From Idiomarina loihiensis L2TR (GTDB lineage: Bacteria; Pseudomonadota; Gammaproteobacteria; Enterobacterales; Alteromonadaceae): a DNA stretch of 32,000 nt. The position numbers were made by a program, and so were the translations under genes. The stretch lies in contig NC_006512.1 in assembly GCF_000008465.1 (NCBI RefSeq), positions 600,001 to 632,000 on the forward strand, read 5' to 3'. Below, piece after piece: positions 17,378 to 27,195 of the stretch; the stretch's first letter is position 1, and every line of letters begins with the position of its first letter. Under the pieces are notes generated by a model. The model was not told the origin of the DNA, did no database searches, and saw nothing but the letters and a program-made list of their open reading frames with translations.

Positions 17378-20300
17378 ATGTTTAACTCTACTTTCAAGCG
17401 TACAGCTGTTGCAGCTGCTATTGCTTTTGGCCTTAGTGGTGCGGCCATTGCACAAGATACTTCATCAGTCGTTCGCGGTAACGTTGTTACTGAGTCTGGC
17501 GAAGTTGCTGCAAACGCACGCGTTGAAATTATTCACGTTCCCACTGGAACTCGTTCAGTTGCGACGACAAACGAATCTGGTGCTTTTTCTAACTCAGGCT
17601 TACGTGTCGGTGGCCCTTACATCATCGTTATTGAAAGCAGCGAAGGCAAGAAAGTTTACGAAGACGTTTACCTGTCTTTAGGCGAACCTCTCCGTATTAA
17701 TGCTCAACTAGAGTCTAGTGATATGGAACGTTTGCAAGTGACCGGGACGGCAATTCTTGGCGGGGCGAACAGTGGTAGCAGCAGTTACTTTGGTGAAGAA
17801 GATATTGCTAACACTCCAACCTTTAATCGGGACTTAAAAGAAGTTGCGCGACTAAACCCTTACGTTAACTTGCTGTCAGGTTCTGAGTCTCCATTAAGTA
17901 TTGGTGGCGCGAACCCGCGTTATAACAGCATTGCAATTGACGGCGTTGGTGTGAATGACGATTTTGGTTTGAACGGCAATGGGTATCCAACCCAGCGCTC
18001 ACCTATATCTTTGGATGCGATAGAGCAAGTCTCTGTTGACGTGGCGCCATTTGATGCTGCCGAAGGTGGTTTTTCAGGTGGTCGCATTAATGCGGTAACT
18101 AAATCGGGAACGAACGAGTTTCATGGTTCACTAACATACGAGCGTATGAGCGATGCTTGGGCTGGTGACCCCGAGAATCCTGCCGGCGACGAAGTGCCAT
18201 TAGATTTCGAGCGCGATACATACAGTCTGGCATTAGGTGGTCCAATCGTAAAAGACAAAGTTTTCTTCTTTGTTAACTACGAGAAGTCAAAAGAGCCAGC
18301 TCAGATTGAGTTTGGCCCTGCCGGTGCCGGCGCCGCTAACGACAGTGACGTTACTCAGGAGCAATATCAGGAAGTAAGAGACATCGCACAAGGTGTCTAT
18401 GGTGTTGATATTGGTAATTGGAATACTTTAAAAGACACTACCAATGAAAACTTGTTGGTGAAGTTAGATTGGAACATTAACTATGATCATCGCTTAGCAT
18501 TTACCTTCAATAGAACAGAAGGTAATAATGTTCGCGGGCAATCAAATAACCCTGATTCATTGGCGTTATCGACCAACTGGTATGACTATCAGCAGAATAT
18601 GGATCTTTATCGTCTTTCATGGTTTTCTGACTGGAGTGCCGATCTTTCCAGTGAAATCTATGTTAGTTATAAATCTGTAGAGTCTATTTCGGGGCTTGAG
18701 ACTAAAGAGTTTGGTGATATATCTGTCGACATGGATTCCGAGGGCGAGATTAGCTTGTCGTTTGGTCCGGATTACAATCGTCATGCGAACAGTTTGGAAA
18801 CCGATAACCTTAAGATTGGCGCTCGTTTTGACTACCTGGTAGGCGATCATGAAATTGAGTTTGGCGGTGAGTACGACAAAACTGACGTATTCAATATCTT
18901 TGTGCGTAACTCACTTGGTTCGTGGAGTTTCTCTTCAATTGAAGACTTTGCCAACCGCGAGGCGAGCAGCTTTTACTATGAAAATGCCTATACAAATAAT
19001 GCGAGCGACGCAGCTGCTGATTTCTCTTTAGGTCAATTGAATTTATACGTGCAAGATAACTGGTACCTTAATGACTCTATGGAATTAGGTCTGGGGTTAC
19101 GTTACGAGCGATATAATACAAGTGATAAGCCAACATTAAACGAAAACTTTGTTGAGCGTTACGGTTACAGCAATCAGGAAAACCTTGATGGTTTGGATAT
19201 TTTCTTACCACGCGTTGACTTCAAATGGTTTGCGGCGGATGACCTTGTTGTCCGAGCAGGAGCCGGTCGTTTCTCAGGTGGTCGTCCTAATGTTTGGGTT
19301 TCTAACTCATTTTCGAATGATGGCTACACGCTGGTGCAGTTTGATCGTGGTGAAGTTCCGGCAAATGAATATCTGAACAATGTCGATATCACGGAAGTAC
19401 CAGAAGCGGTGCGTAATGCTATGTACGCCGGCGATGGCGACACCAATAGTATCGATCCAAATTATGAGATTCCATCGGACTGGATTGCACGCGTAGGTGT
19501 TGATTATCAGTTTGATATTCCAGGCCTTGGTAATAACTTTAATGCGACTGCGGAAGTTATGCGCAAGTGGATGACTGACAACAGCCAGTGGAAGGATATT
19601 TCACGTTGTGTTTCAGGCGAAACAGCTGCTGGCGTTAGTATATACGAACCATGTGATCCTGATGCGCCAATTGGCCATTATGATTTACAGTTAACGAATG
19701 AAGATAAAAATGGTAAAGCGTGGATTTATACTGCGTCACTATCCAAACAGTGGGATAACGGCTTTAATGCATATGCTGCTTATACGCATCAAAACATTGA
19801 TGAGGGTAACCCAGGCACATCTTCAACGGCAACATCTAACTATGAGTACAACATTGTTGTTGACCGTAATCAGCCGTTAATTGGTACTGCGGACTATGAG
19901 ACTGAACATACTCTGAAAATTGCGTTAGGTTATAGCCATGAGTTCTTCGATGGTTATGCGTCTAAGTTCAACTTATTCTTCCAGCGCCGTTCAGGAACTC
20001 CGTTTAGTCACACTATGAACCTATATTGTAATCGCAGAAATAACGACTGTGATGATGACTTTGGAGACCAGGATACGTTCGTAACGGGTAGTTACTTGCC
20101 TTACATCCCAGCGGGTGCAAACGACGCCAATATTAGCCCTGAGAGCACTATTAGTTACGATGACATGATGGCGATTTTTGAAAGTGTTGATTTAGCTCAG
20201 TACGCAGGTGGGTTTGCTCCGAAAGGTGCACGTCGTGCACCATGGGTCAATACCTTGGACTTCCAGTTCCAACAGGAGTTACCTGGTCTGATGGATGGTC

Positions 20301-20539
20301 ATAAAGGAGTATTCTACGTAAGTATTAATAACTTGTTGAACTTGATTGACAGTTCAAAGGGCAAGTCATTACGTATGAACTACACAAACAACTCAATTAT
20401 TGACTTCAATGGTTTAGATGATGAAGGCCGTTACATATACGGAGCTCCTTATGGTGGAGCGGACACGCGTAACTGGGATACTTTTGAAGCTGAAGAGTCG
20501 ACTTGGCGTATCAAAATGGGTGTTCAGTACAAGTTTTAA
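17378..20539 (+). CDS. TonB-dependent receptor with an N-terminal carboxypeptidase-regulatory-like domain (Oar-like), paralog 1
   Basis: 1053 aa with a signal peptide ending AIAQD. It has a CarboxypepD_reg-like segment (VRGNVV..GAFSNSGLRVGGPY), plug motifs (NPRYNSIAIDGVGVND) and the C-terminal ending MGVQYKF. Confidence 0.85.
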   Translation: MFNSTFKRTAVAAAIAFGLSGAAIAQDTSSVVRGNVVTESGEVAANARVEIIHVPTGTRSVATTNESGAFSNSGLRVGGPYIIVIESSEGKKVYEDVYLSLGEPLRINAQLESSDMERLQVTGTAILGGANSGSSSYFGEEDIANTPTFNRDLKEVARLNPYVNLLSGSESPLSIGGANPRYNSIAIDGVGVNDDFGLNGNGYPTQRSPISLDAIEQVSVDVAPFDAAEGGFSGGRINAVTKSGTNEFHGSLTYERMSDAWAGDPENPAGDEVPLDFERDTYSLALGGPIVKDKVFFFVNYEKSKEPAQIEFGPAGAGAANDSDVTQEQYQEVRDIAQGVYGVDIGNWNTLKDTTNENLLVKLDWNINYDHRLAFTFNRTEGNNVRGQSNNPDSLALSTNWYDYQQNMDLYRLSWFSDWSADLSSEIYVSYKSVESISGLETKEFGDISVDMDSEGEISLSFGPDYNRHANSLETDNLKIGARFDYLVGDHEIEFGGEYDKTDVFNIFVRNSLGSWSFSSIEDFANREASSFYYENAYTNNASDAAADFSLGQLNLYVQDNWYLNDSMELGLGLRYERYNTSDKPTLNENFVERYGYSNQENLDGLDIFLPRVDFKWFAADDLVVRAGAGRFSGGRPNVWVSNSFSNDGYTLVQFDRGEVPANEYLNNVDITEVPEAVRNAMYAGDGDTNSIDPNYEIPSDWIARVGVDYQFDIPGLGNNFNATAEVMRKWMTDNSQWKDISRCVSGETAAGVSIYEPCDPDAPIGHYDLQLTNEDKNGKAWIYTASLSKQWDNGFNAYAAYTHQNIDEGNPGTSSTATSNYEYNIVVDRNQPLIGTADYETEHTLKIALGYSHEFFDGYASKFNLFFQRRSGTPFSHTMNLYCNRRNNDCDDDFGDQDTFVTGSYLPYIPAGANDANISPESTISYDDMMAIFESVDLAQYAGGFAPKGARRAPWVNTLDFQFQQELPGLMDGHKGVFYVSINNLLNLIDSSKGKSLRMNYTNNSIIDFNGLDDEGRYIYGAPYGGADTRNWDTFEAEESTWRIKMGVQYKF

Positions 20540-20575
20540 TTATAAACAAGTGCTAAGCAACTAATTAAGAGTAAT

Positions 20576-20610
20576 CAGCCGATTTAGCGATAGCTAGGTC
20601 GGCTTTTTTT
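20576..20610 (+). terminator. Rho-independent terminator after TonB-dependent receptor 1
   Basis: AGCCGA...TCGGCT stem followed by a T8 run (20603-20610). Confidence 0.7.
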
Positions 20611-20692
20611 TAACTAAAATTCACAAAAATGTCACAATTAAGCTATACCTTATTTGCAGTTAAAACCAAAACAAAACTGGGAAGAACACACT

Positions 20693-23600
20693 ATGTTTAA
20701 TGCCACTTTCAAGCGTACAGCCCTTGCCGCTGCTATTGCTATGGGTCTTAGCGGTGCAGCTATTGCTCAGGAAACCTCATCCAGCCTTCGTGGTGTTGTC
20801 ACCACTGAGTCCGGACAGGTTGTTTCAAATGCAACTATTCAGTTACGTGATGAGCGTACCGGAAGCACTAAAACTCTAACGACTAACCAACAAGGCACGT
20901 TCTCTTCACGTGGTTTACCGGTTGGCGGGCCATACACTATAGTAGCAGAAGGCCCGGGTGGTCGTACTCAGGTTGTTGAAGATGTCTACCTAACCCTGGG
21001 CGATTCACAAAATGTGAATATCTCGCTTGTATCGCAACAAGACATGGAACGTTTGAGTGTTACTGGTTCTATGACCAGCAACGCGCTGTATGGCAGCAAC
21101 AGTCCGGCTGCAAACTTTAATCTTCAGGATTTACAAAACGCTCCGGCGAGTGATCGTGATTTACGTGATGTTGTGTCGATTGACCCGCGTATCTATATTA
21201 ATGAAACGAACTCTGGTGCTATTCAGTGTGGTGGTGCAAACCCACGCTTTAACAGCCTGACCGTTGATGGCGTTCGTATGAATGACAACTTCGGCTTGAA
21301 CAGCAGCGGTTACCCAACTGAGCGCATGCCATTTTCTTATGACGCGATTGAGCAGGTTGCGGTAGAGTTTGCTCCGTTTGACGTTCAGTACGGTGGTTTC
21401 ACTGCCTGTAATATTAACGCTGTTACCAAAACTGGCGACAACGAAATGTTTGGTGGCGTGTTCTATGACTACACTAACGACTCTTTGCAAGGCGACGAGC
21501 TGGAAGGCGACAGCATTAATGTTGGTGATTTCAGCGAGAAACGTTATGGCTTTAACCTTGGTGGTGCGTTTATTGAAGACAAGTTATTCTTCTTCACTGC
21601 GTACGAAAAATTGGAAGGTTCTGACACTTTTGACCGAGGTCCTGAAGGCTCAGGTGCGGCGACAGAAGTTGTTGGCGTAAGCCAGGCTGACGTTGACCGT
21701 ATCGCTCAAATTGCACAGGATAAGTACGGTTATAATCCTGGTGGTTTCCCGGCAAGCCTGCCAGTTGAAGATGAAAAATTCCTTGCTAAGTTAGATTGGT
21801 ATATTAATGATGCACATCGCGCGTCATTAACTTACAACTATAACGACGGTTATTCTATTGCGGAGTCTGATGGTGATTCAGACGAGTTAGAGTTTTCTAA
21901 CCACTTCTACGAGCGTGGCGCTAAGTTCACTTCTTATGTTGGCGAGTTATACTCTGACTGGAGTGATAACTTCTCGACTGAAGCGCGTATTGGTTACTCT
22001 GAATTAGACGCTCGTGTTAACCCGTTGGGCGGCACCGATTTCGGTGAAGTGCAAATTGGCGTTAATGACGCAACGGTGTACTTAGGTGCGGATGACTCTC
22101 GTCACGCGAACAAGCTGAAGTACGACACGACCTTCTTCAAATTAAAAGGTACCTACTTAGCTGGTGATCACGTGATTTCAGCCGGTATTGAGCGCGAAGA
22201 ATATGACGTGTTTAACCTGTTTGTTCAGGAAGCACAGGGTGAGTATCGATTCAGTTCGATAGATGAATTTGATGCTGGCACGCCAATTGGAAGCCAAAAT
22301 GACGATGGTAGTTATGACGATACTGTTATCTATGAAAGTGCAGCTGGGACTAACAATCCGCAAGACGCTGCCGCTGAATTTGCTTATGCGGTAAATACTG
22401 CTTATGTTCAGGATGAGTACTACTACGCTCCAATGGACATTACGTTCACTTACGGCTTACGTTATGACTGGTACACCAGCGATGACATGCCGGTGAACAA
22501 CCCGTTGACCGAGGAGCTCTATGGTTTCTCTAACCAGCAAAACATGGATGGTCAAGATTTATTGCAGCCACGTTTTGGTTTCAACTGGTTTGTTAACCCA
22601 GACTTAGAAGTTCGTGGTGGTGTTGGCTTGTATTCTGGCGGAAACCCGAACGTATGGATTTCAAACAACTATTCAAACAACGGTGTGACTCAGTACGAAG
22701 CCGCATTTACAGGCGACTACTTTTTAGGCGGTAACACATTGTTTAATATTCCGCACACTGGCGAAGGTCGTCCAATTTATGATATCCCTCAAGAGCTGTA
22801 TGACGAGGTGGCTAACGCAAGTGGCCAGGGCCCGATCAATACTATGGACCCTAACTTCGAATTACCAAAAGAGTGGAAATATGCTTTAGGTGCAACTTAC
22901 ACCTTGCCGGATAACTACATTCTGATGGCTGACTTCTTATACACTGATAAGAAAGACGCTGCTGTTATCTACAACTTGGGTCTGGAGCAGGTTGGTACAG
23001 CACCAGACGGACGTCCAATTTTCGACGAGTTATCTACTGACGGACGTGACCAGGGTGACGACTTCATGTTGACCAACGTTGATGGCGACTCAGGTTCGCA
23101 GACGACTGTTTCACTGGCGCTGAGTAAAACTCATGACTTCGGTCTGGACTGGACTTTAGGCTACGCTTATAACGAAGCGGAAGACGTTAACCCAATGACC
23201 AGTTCAGTGTCGTTCTCTAACTACACTAACCTGGCAACGGCTAACGCTCAGAACCCTGGTGTTGCAACTTCTAACTATGAGATACCACATCGCTTTACCT
23301 TTAAAGCGAACTACACCAAAGAGTTCTTTGATGGTTACGACACTACTGTGACCTTGTTTGCGACTCGTAACAAAGGACGTCCGTTCTCTTATACAATGAG
23401 CGATGGTCCTTTTGGCGACATAGCTTATCAGGGACGTAGTTTGTTATACGTACCAACTGGTCTGGATGATCCAAACTTTGCCGTCGGTACAGACCGTGAC
23501 GGTAATCCATTTGAAACAGGCGCTTTCTTTGACTTTCTTGAAGAGTCTGGCTTGAGCAAATACGCGGGTGGCATAGCACCACGTAACGAGTTCAACAGCA

Positions 23601-23890
23601 AATGGTGGACTAAAGTGGACTTGCGTGTTGAGCAGGAATTACCAGGCTTTATGGACGGACACAAAGCTTCTGCATTCTTCGTTATTGAAAACTTAGGCAA
23701 TATGCTGAATGACGACTGGGGTGTGCTTTATGAAGCTCGATTCCCACGTGCTATCAATATTGCTGACGTTGAAATCAATGACGCGGGTCAGTACCAGTTC
23801 AATAATTTCCGCGACGTATCAAACGTTCAGTCACGCCAGGGTGAACCTTCACTATGGTCTGTGCGCATAGGCGTAGAATACAAGTTCTAA
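20693..23890 (+). CDS. TonB-dependent receptor (Oar-like), paralog 2
   Basis: 1065 aa from MFNATFKRTALAAAIAMGLSGAAIAQE. Its signal peptide and 5' leader are nearly identical to paralog 1, and it ends IGVEYKF. The start was moved to 20693 by alignment with paralog 1. Confidence 0.85.
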   Translation: MFNATFKRTALAAAIAMGLSGAAIAQETSSSLRGVVTTESGQVVSNATIQLRDERTGSTKTLTTNQQGTFSSRGLPVGGPYTIVAEGPGGRTQVVEDVYLTLGDSQNVNISLVSQQDMERLSVTGSMTSNALYGSNSPAANFNLQDLQNAPASDRDLRDVVSIDPRIYINETNSGAIQCGGANPRFNSLTVDGVRMNDNFGLNSSGYPTERMPFSYDAIEQVAVEFAPFDVQYGGFTACNINAVTKTGDNEMFGGVFYDYTNDSLQGDELEGDSINVGDFSEKRYGFNLGGAFIEDKLFFFTAYEKLEGSDTFDRGPEGSGAATEVVGVSQADVDRIAQIAQDKYGYNPGGFPASLPVEDEKFLAKLDWYINDAHRASLTYNYNDGYSIAESDGDSDELEFSNHFYERGAKFTSYVGELYSDWSDNFSTEARIGYSELDARVNPLGGTDFGEVQIGVNDATVYLGADDSRHANKLKYDTTFFKLKGTYLAGDHVISAGIEREEYDVFNLFVQEAQGEYRFSSIDEFDAGTPIGSQNDDGSYDDTVIYESAAGTNNPQDAAAEFAYAVNTAYVQDEYYYAPMDITFTYGLRYDWYTSDDMPVNNPLTEELYGFSNQQNMDGQDLLQPRFGFNWFVNPDLEVRGGVGLYSGGNPNVWISNNYSNNGVTQYEAAFTGDYFLGGNTLFNIPHTGEGRPIYDIPQELYDEVANASGQGPINTMDPNFELPKEWKYALGATYTLPDNYILMADFLYTDKKDAAVIYNLGLEQVGTAPDGRPIFDELSTDGRDQGDDFMLTNVDGDSGSQTTVSLALSKTHDFGLDWTLGYAYNEAEDVNPMTSSVSFSNYTNLATANAQNPGVATSNYEIPHRFTFKANYTKEFFDGYDTTVTLFATRNKGRPFSYTMSDGPFGDIAYQGRSLLYVPTGLDDPNFAVGTDRDGNPFETGAFFDFLEESGLSKYAGGIAPRNEFNSKWWTKVDLRVEQELPGFMDGHKASAFFVIENLGNMLNDDWGVLYEARFPRAINIADVEINDAGQYQFNNFRDVSNVQSRQGEPSLWSVRIGVEYKF

Positions 23891-23907
23891 TTGTTTGACG
23901 CCGAATG

Positions 23908-23949
23908 AATAAACCGCCGCTGGTATTGCCCGCGGCGGTTTATTGTTTT
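23908..23949 (+). terminator. Rho-independent terminator after TonB-dependent receptor 2
   Basis: 13-bp stem AATAAACCGCCGC / GCGGCGGTTTATT with an 11-nt loop, followed by GTTTT. Confidence 0.8.
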
Positions 23950-23985
23950 AACCTCCCAGTATCAGACATTTACAAACGCACCCTA

Positions 23986-25374
23986 ATGGAACTGAGCTGG
24001 ACCAGTCTTTTACCTTCCTTATTGGCAATTGTATTTGCCATAGTTACCCGAAAAGTTCTGCTGGCGCTTATTGGCGGTATTATTCTGGCCAATATACTGC
24101 TGTTCTGGCCTGCCCCTGAAAACATTGCTTACGGCACTTTAAACAGCACCTGGGACACCCTTATCGACCCCAGTAATATGCTGGTGTGGTTTTTTACTCT
24201 GGGTATTGGTGCGTTGTTTGGCGTGCTGGAAAATGGCGGTACGTTTAAAGAGTTTGTGCTGAAGCTGGAAAAAAAGCAGTGGATAGAGAATAAGCGCCGG
24301 GCGAGGTTAATGACCTGGATACTGGGCGTTGTGGTCTTTATTGAATCGAACGTGACCATTATGATTTCCGGCACCACCTCGCGGCCTATTTATGACCGCC
24401 TGGGCATTGCCCGCGAAAAGCTCGCTTACATTGTTGACTCTACATGTGCTGCTATTTGTATCTTAATTCCGCTGAATGCCTGGGGAGCGTTTAATTTAAC
24501 GCTTATTACGAACCAGGGCGTTGAGCAACCATTACTGGTGTTTATTCAGTCTATTGCCTTTAACTTCTATGCCATTTTTGCGGTATTGCTGGCGCTGTTT
24601 GTGGCGTTGTTCGACTGGAACATAGGGCCCATGAAAGCCTTTGAAAAGAATGCTGTGCCCGATCAGGTTTCCAAAAATACCTGGGGCGATGGCCCGGATG
24701 ATGAGGCCAGTTTTGGCAAAGGTACAGCGGTGGTTATGACCAGCCTGATTTCGCTGGTGGTAATGGTTCCGATTATTCTGCTGGTTACCGGAAATGGCGT
24801 ATTGGTTGACGGCAACGGCACATTAAGTGTGTTTGTCGCTATTTATGTGGCGCTGGGTATTGCTGTAGCCGGAACCCTGATGACACAGCCGGCAGGTTTA
24901 GCCGATATTGGTAAGTACCTGTTAAAAGGTGCCTGGAATATTCTGCCACTGGCGGTCATTTTGTGGTTGTCTATTGCACTGGGTGGCTTAACCCGCGACT
25001 TAGGTACGGGAGAGTTTTTGGCGGCTGCTCTGGATGGTTCGGTGGCATTGTGGATGCTGTTACCGCTGATATTTGTGCTGTCGGCTATTACCGGTTTTTC
25101 TATTGGCTCCAGTTGGGGAACCTTTGCCATTATGCTGCCTCTGGCGATACCGCTGGCAATGACGTTAGGTTTGCCGGCCGCGCCCTTTATAGCAGCGGCG
25201 ATTTCCGGTGGCATATTCGGTGACCATGCGTCGCCTATTTCTGATACCACTATTATTGCTTCTATGGCGTCGGGAGTTGAGCACATAGACCATGTGCGTA
25301 CGCAATTACCTTATGCTTTATTAGCCGGGCTTGCAGCGACTGTGGCTTACGCTATAACGGGTATGCTTATTTAG
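23986..25374 (+). CDS. NhaC-family Na+/H+ antiporter-like membrane transporter
   Basis: About 462 aa from MELSWTSLLPSLLAIVFA. It is polytopic, and the MISGTTSRPIYDRLGI..KLAYIVDSTCA region is NhaC-like. The track start at 23905 lies inside the upstream terminator, so I moved the start to 23986. Confidence 0.7.
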   Translation: MELSWTSLLPSLLAIVFAIVTRKVLLALIGGIILANILLFWPAPENIAYGTLNSTWDTLIDPSNMLVWFFTLGIGALFGVLENGGTFKEFVLKLEKKQWIENKRRARLMTWILGVVVFIESNVTIMISGTTSRPIYDRLGIAREKLAYIVDSTCAAICILIPLNAWGAFNLTLITNQGVEQPLLVFIQSIAFNFYAIFAVLLALFVALFDWNIGPMKAFEKNAVPDQVSKNTWGDGPDDEASFGKGTAVVMTSLISLVVMVPIILLVTGNGVLVDGNGTLSVFVAIYVALGIAVAGTLMTQPAGLADIGKYLLKGAWNILPLAVILWLSIALGGLTRDLGTGEFLAAALDGSVALWMLLPLIFVLSAITGFSIGSSWGTFAIMLPLAIPLAMTLGLPAAPFIAAAISGGIFGDHASPISDTTIIASMASGVEHIDHVRTQLPYALLAGLAATVAYAITGMLI

Positions 25375-25840
25375 CGTTAGCTTTGGCGGATTTGCGGCGA
25401 GCGCGGAAGAAACGACGTAAAATGTCGCCGCATTCTTCTGCTAAAACACCGCTTTCTACATCGACTTTATGGTTCATGGAGGCGTGGTTAATAACCTCAA
25501 TGGCAGTGCCGGTGGCTCCTGTCCGCGGGTCGGTTGCGCCGAACACCAGGCGTTTGACTCGTGCATGAGTGATTAAACCGGCACACATGGCACAGGGTTC
25601 GAGGGTGACGTACAGAGTGGCGTTGACCAACCGATAATTATCGATAGCCTGACCGGCAGAACGAATGGCTTGTGCTTCGGCATGAGCGGACGGGTCGGAC
25701 AAAGAAATAACCTGATTGTAACCTTCGCCAACAATTTTATCGTCCATGACCAATACCGCGCCAACGGGCACTTCGTCTGCGTTTTGCGCTTGTTCAGCAA
25801 GTTCTAAGGCTCGCTGCATGTAGATTTCATCGGTTGTCAT
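25367..25840 (-). CDS. tadA: tRNA adenosine(34) deaminase
   Basis: 157 aa from MTTDEIYMQRALELA. It carries the CDA zinc motifs HAE (SAHAEAQAI) and PCAMCAG. Its 3' end overlaps the convergent nhaC-like gene by 8 nt. Confidence 0.9.
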   Translation of the reverse strand: MTTDEIYMQRALELAEQAQNADEVPVGAVLVMDDKIVGEGYNQVISLSDPSAHAEAQAIRSAGQAIDNYRLVNATLYVTLEPCAMCAGLITHARVKRLVFGATDPRTGATGTAIEVINHASMNHKVDVESGVLAEECGDILRRFFRARRKSAKANAK

Positions 25841-25910
25841 GAGGGCGATTTTAGCGCAGGATATTACCCAGTACCAGAATAACAATCCGCACTTATGCAG
25901 GAGAGAACAA

Positions 25911-27194
25911 ATGAAAAAGCTCATTATTAGCTTAATGCTGGCCAGTAGCTTTGGCTATAGCGCTCAGGCTGCTGCACAGCAGTCGCCGGTAAAAGTCAGC
26001 AGTGACTTAGAAGCTCAGGTCATTGAATGGCGTCGCCATATTCACGCCAACCCGGAACTGAGTAACCGTGAGTTTGAAACCGCCAAAATGGTGGCTGAGC
26101 ATTTGCGTTCTCTGGGCATGGAAGTTGAAACTGGTGTTGCGCACACGGGTGTCGTTGGCATGCTAAAAGGCGGTAAGCCAGGCCCAACTATAGCTTTGCG
26201 TGCGGATATGGACGCTTTACCTGTTACCGAGCAGACCGATGTTCCTTTTAAGTCAACCGTGAAATCAGAGTATCGTGGCAATGAAGTGGGTGTGATGCAT
26301 GCCTGCGGGCATGATACTCATGTTGCTATGTTAATGGGTGCAGCAGAGAAATTAGCCGAAATGAAAGACGAGCTGGCCGGTAACGTGATGTTTATTTTCC
26401 AGCCAGCTGAAGAAGGCGCGCCTGAAGGTGAAGAGGGCGGCGCGGCATTGATGCTGGAAGAAGGGCTTTTTGCTGATAACAAACCAGAAAAAGTCTTTGG
26501 TATTCATGTCTGGGCAGGTTTTCCAACAGGTCATGTTGGTTATCGGAAAGGCCCTCTGATGGCTTCTGCAGATAGATTTGAGATTAAAGTGAAGGGCAAG
26601 CAGGCTCATGGTTCAGCTCCGTGGACAGGCGTTGACCCTATTGTGACTTCGGCACAAATTATTAATAACGCACAGACCATTATCAGCCGTCAGACCAATA
26701 TTACCAAAGCCCCGGCAGTTTTATCCTTCGGTATTGTGGAAGGTGGTGTGCGTAATAACATTATTCCGGACGAAGTGACCTTAATTGGTACTATCCGCAA
26801 TTTTGACATGGACATTCGCTCGGATATTCACGAGAAATTAAAGTTAACGGCAGAAAAAACGGCTGAAGCAAACGGAGCCGAAGCTCACGTTCATGTCGAT
26901 TTAGGCTATCCGGTAACCAGTAATGACGCGGACCTGGTTGAACAGATGCTGCCAATAACTAAAGCGGTAGCCGGAGCTAACAAGGTGCAGGAAGTACCGT
27001 TAGTGACAGGTGCTGAAGACTTCTCGTATTATGCGCTGGAAGTGCCGGGTATGTTTGTATTTTTGGGGGTTACCCCACCAGAGCGTGATATGGCTAATGA
27101 ACCAAGCAACCATTCGCCACACTTCTATGCCGACGAAGACGCACTGAAAACCGGTACGGAACTTTATGTGAATTGGGCTCTGGAATCTCTCTAA
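25911..27194 (+). CDS. Secreted M20-family amidohydrolase (M20D / aminoacylase-hippurate hydrolase type)
   Basis: It has a signal peptide (MKKLIISLMLASSFGYSAQA). Family motifs present are HANPELSNREF, LRADMDALP, HACGHDTH and FQPAEEG. An AGGAGAG RBS precedes the ATG at 25911. Confidence 0.8.
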   Translation: MKKLIISLMLASSFGYSAQAAAQQSPVKVSSDLEAQVIEWRRHIHANPELSNREFETAKMVAEHLRSLGMEVETGVAHTGVVGMLKGGKPGPTIALRADMDALPVTEQTDVPFKSTVKSEYRGNEVGVMHACGHDTHVAMLMGAAEKLAEMKDELAGNVMFIFQPAEEGAPEGEEGGAALMLEEGLFADNKPEKVFGIHVWAGFPTGHVGYRKGPLMASADRFEIKVKGKQAHGSAPWTGVDPIVTSAQIINNAQTIISRQTNITKAPAVLSFGIVEGGVRNNIIPDEVTLIGTIRNFDMDIRSDIHEKLKLTAEKTAEANGAEAHVHVDLGYPVTSNDADLVEQMLPITKAVAGANKVQEVPLVTGAEDFSYYALEVPGMFVFLGVTPPERDMANEPSNHSPHFYADEDALKTGTELYVNWALESL

Positions 27195-27195
27195 T

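Noticed and set aside
17113-17448. 90-aa (+) and 76-aa (-) ORFs in the intergenic region between the EEP gene and TonB-dependent receptor 1
   Set aside because: The two overlap each other and the true receptor start. Neither has an RBS. Their composition is low-complexity and AT-driven. They are most likely non-coding promoter/leader DNA.
23905-23985. 27-codon N-terminal extension of the NhaC-like ORF
   Set aside because: It overlaps the strong terminator hairpin of the upstream receptor gene. The hydrophobic transporter sequence begins at the ATG at 23986.
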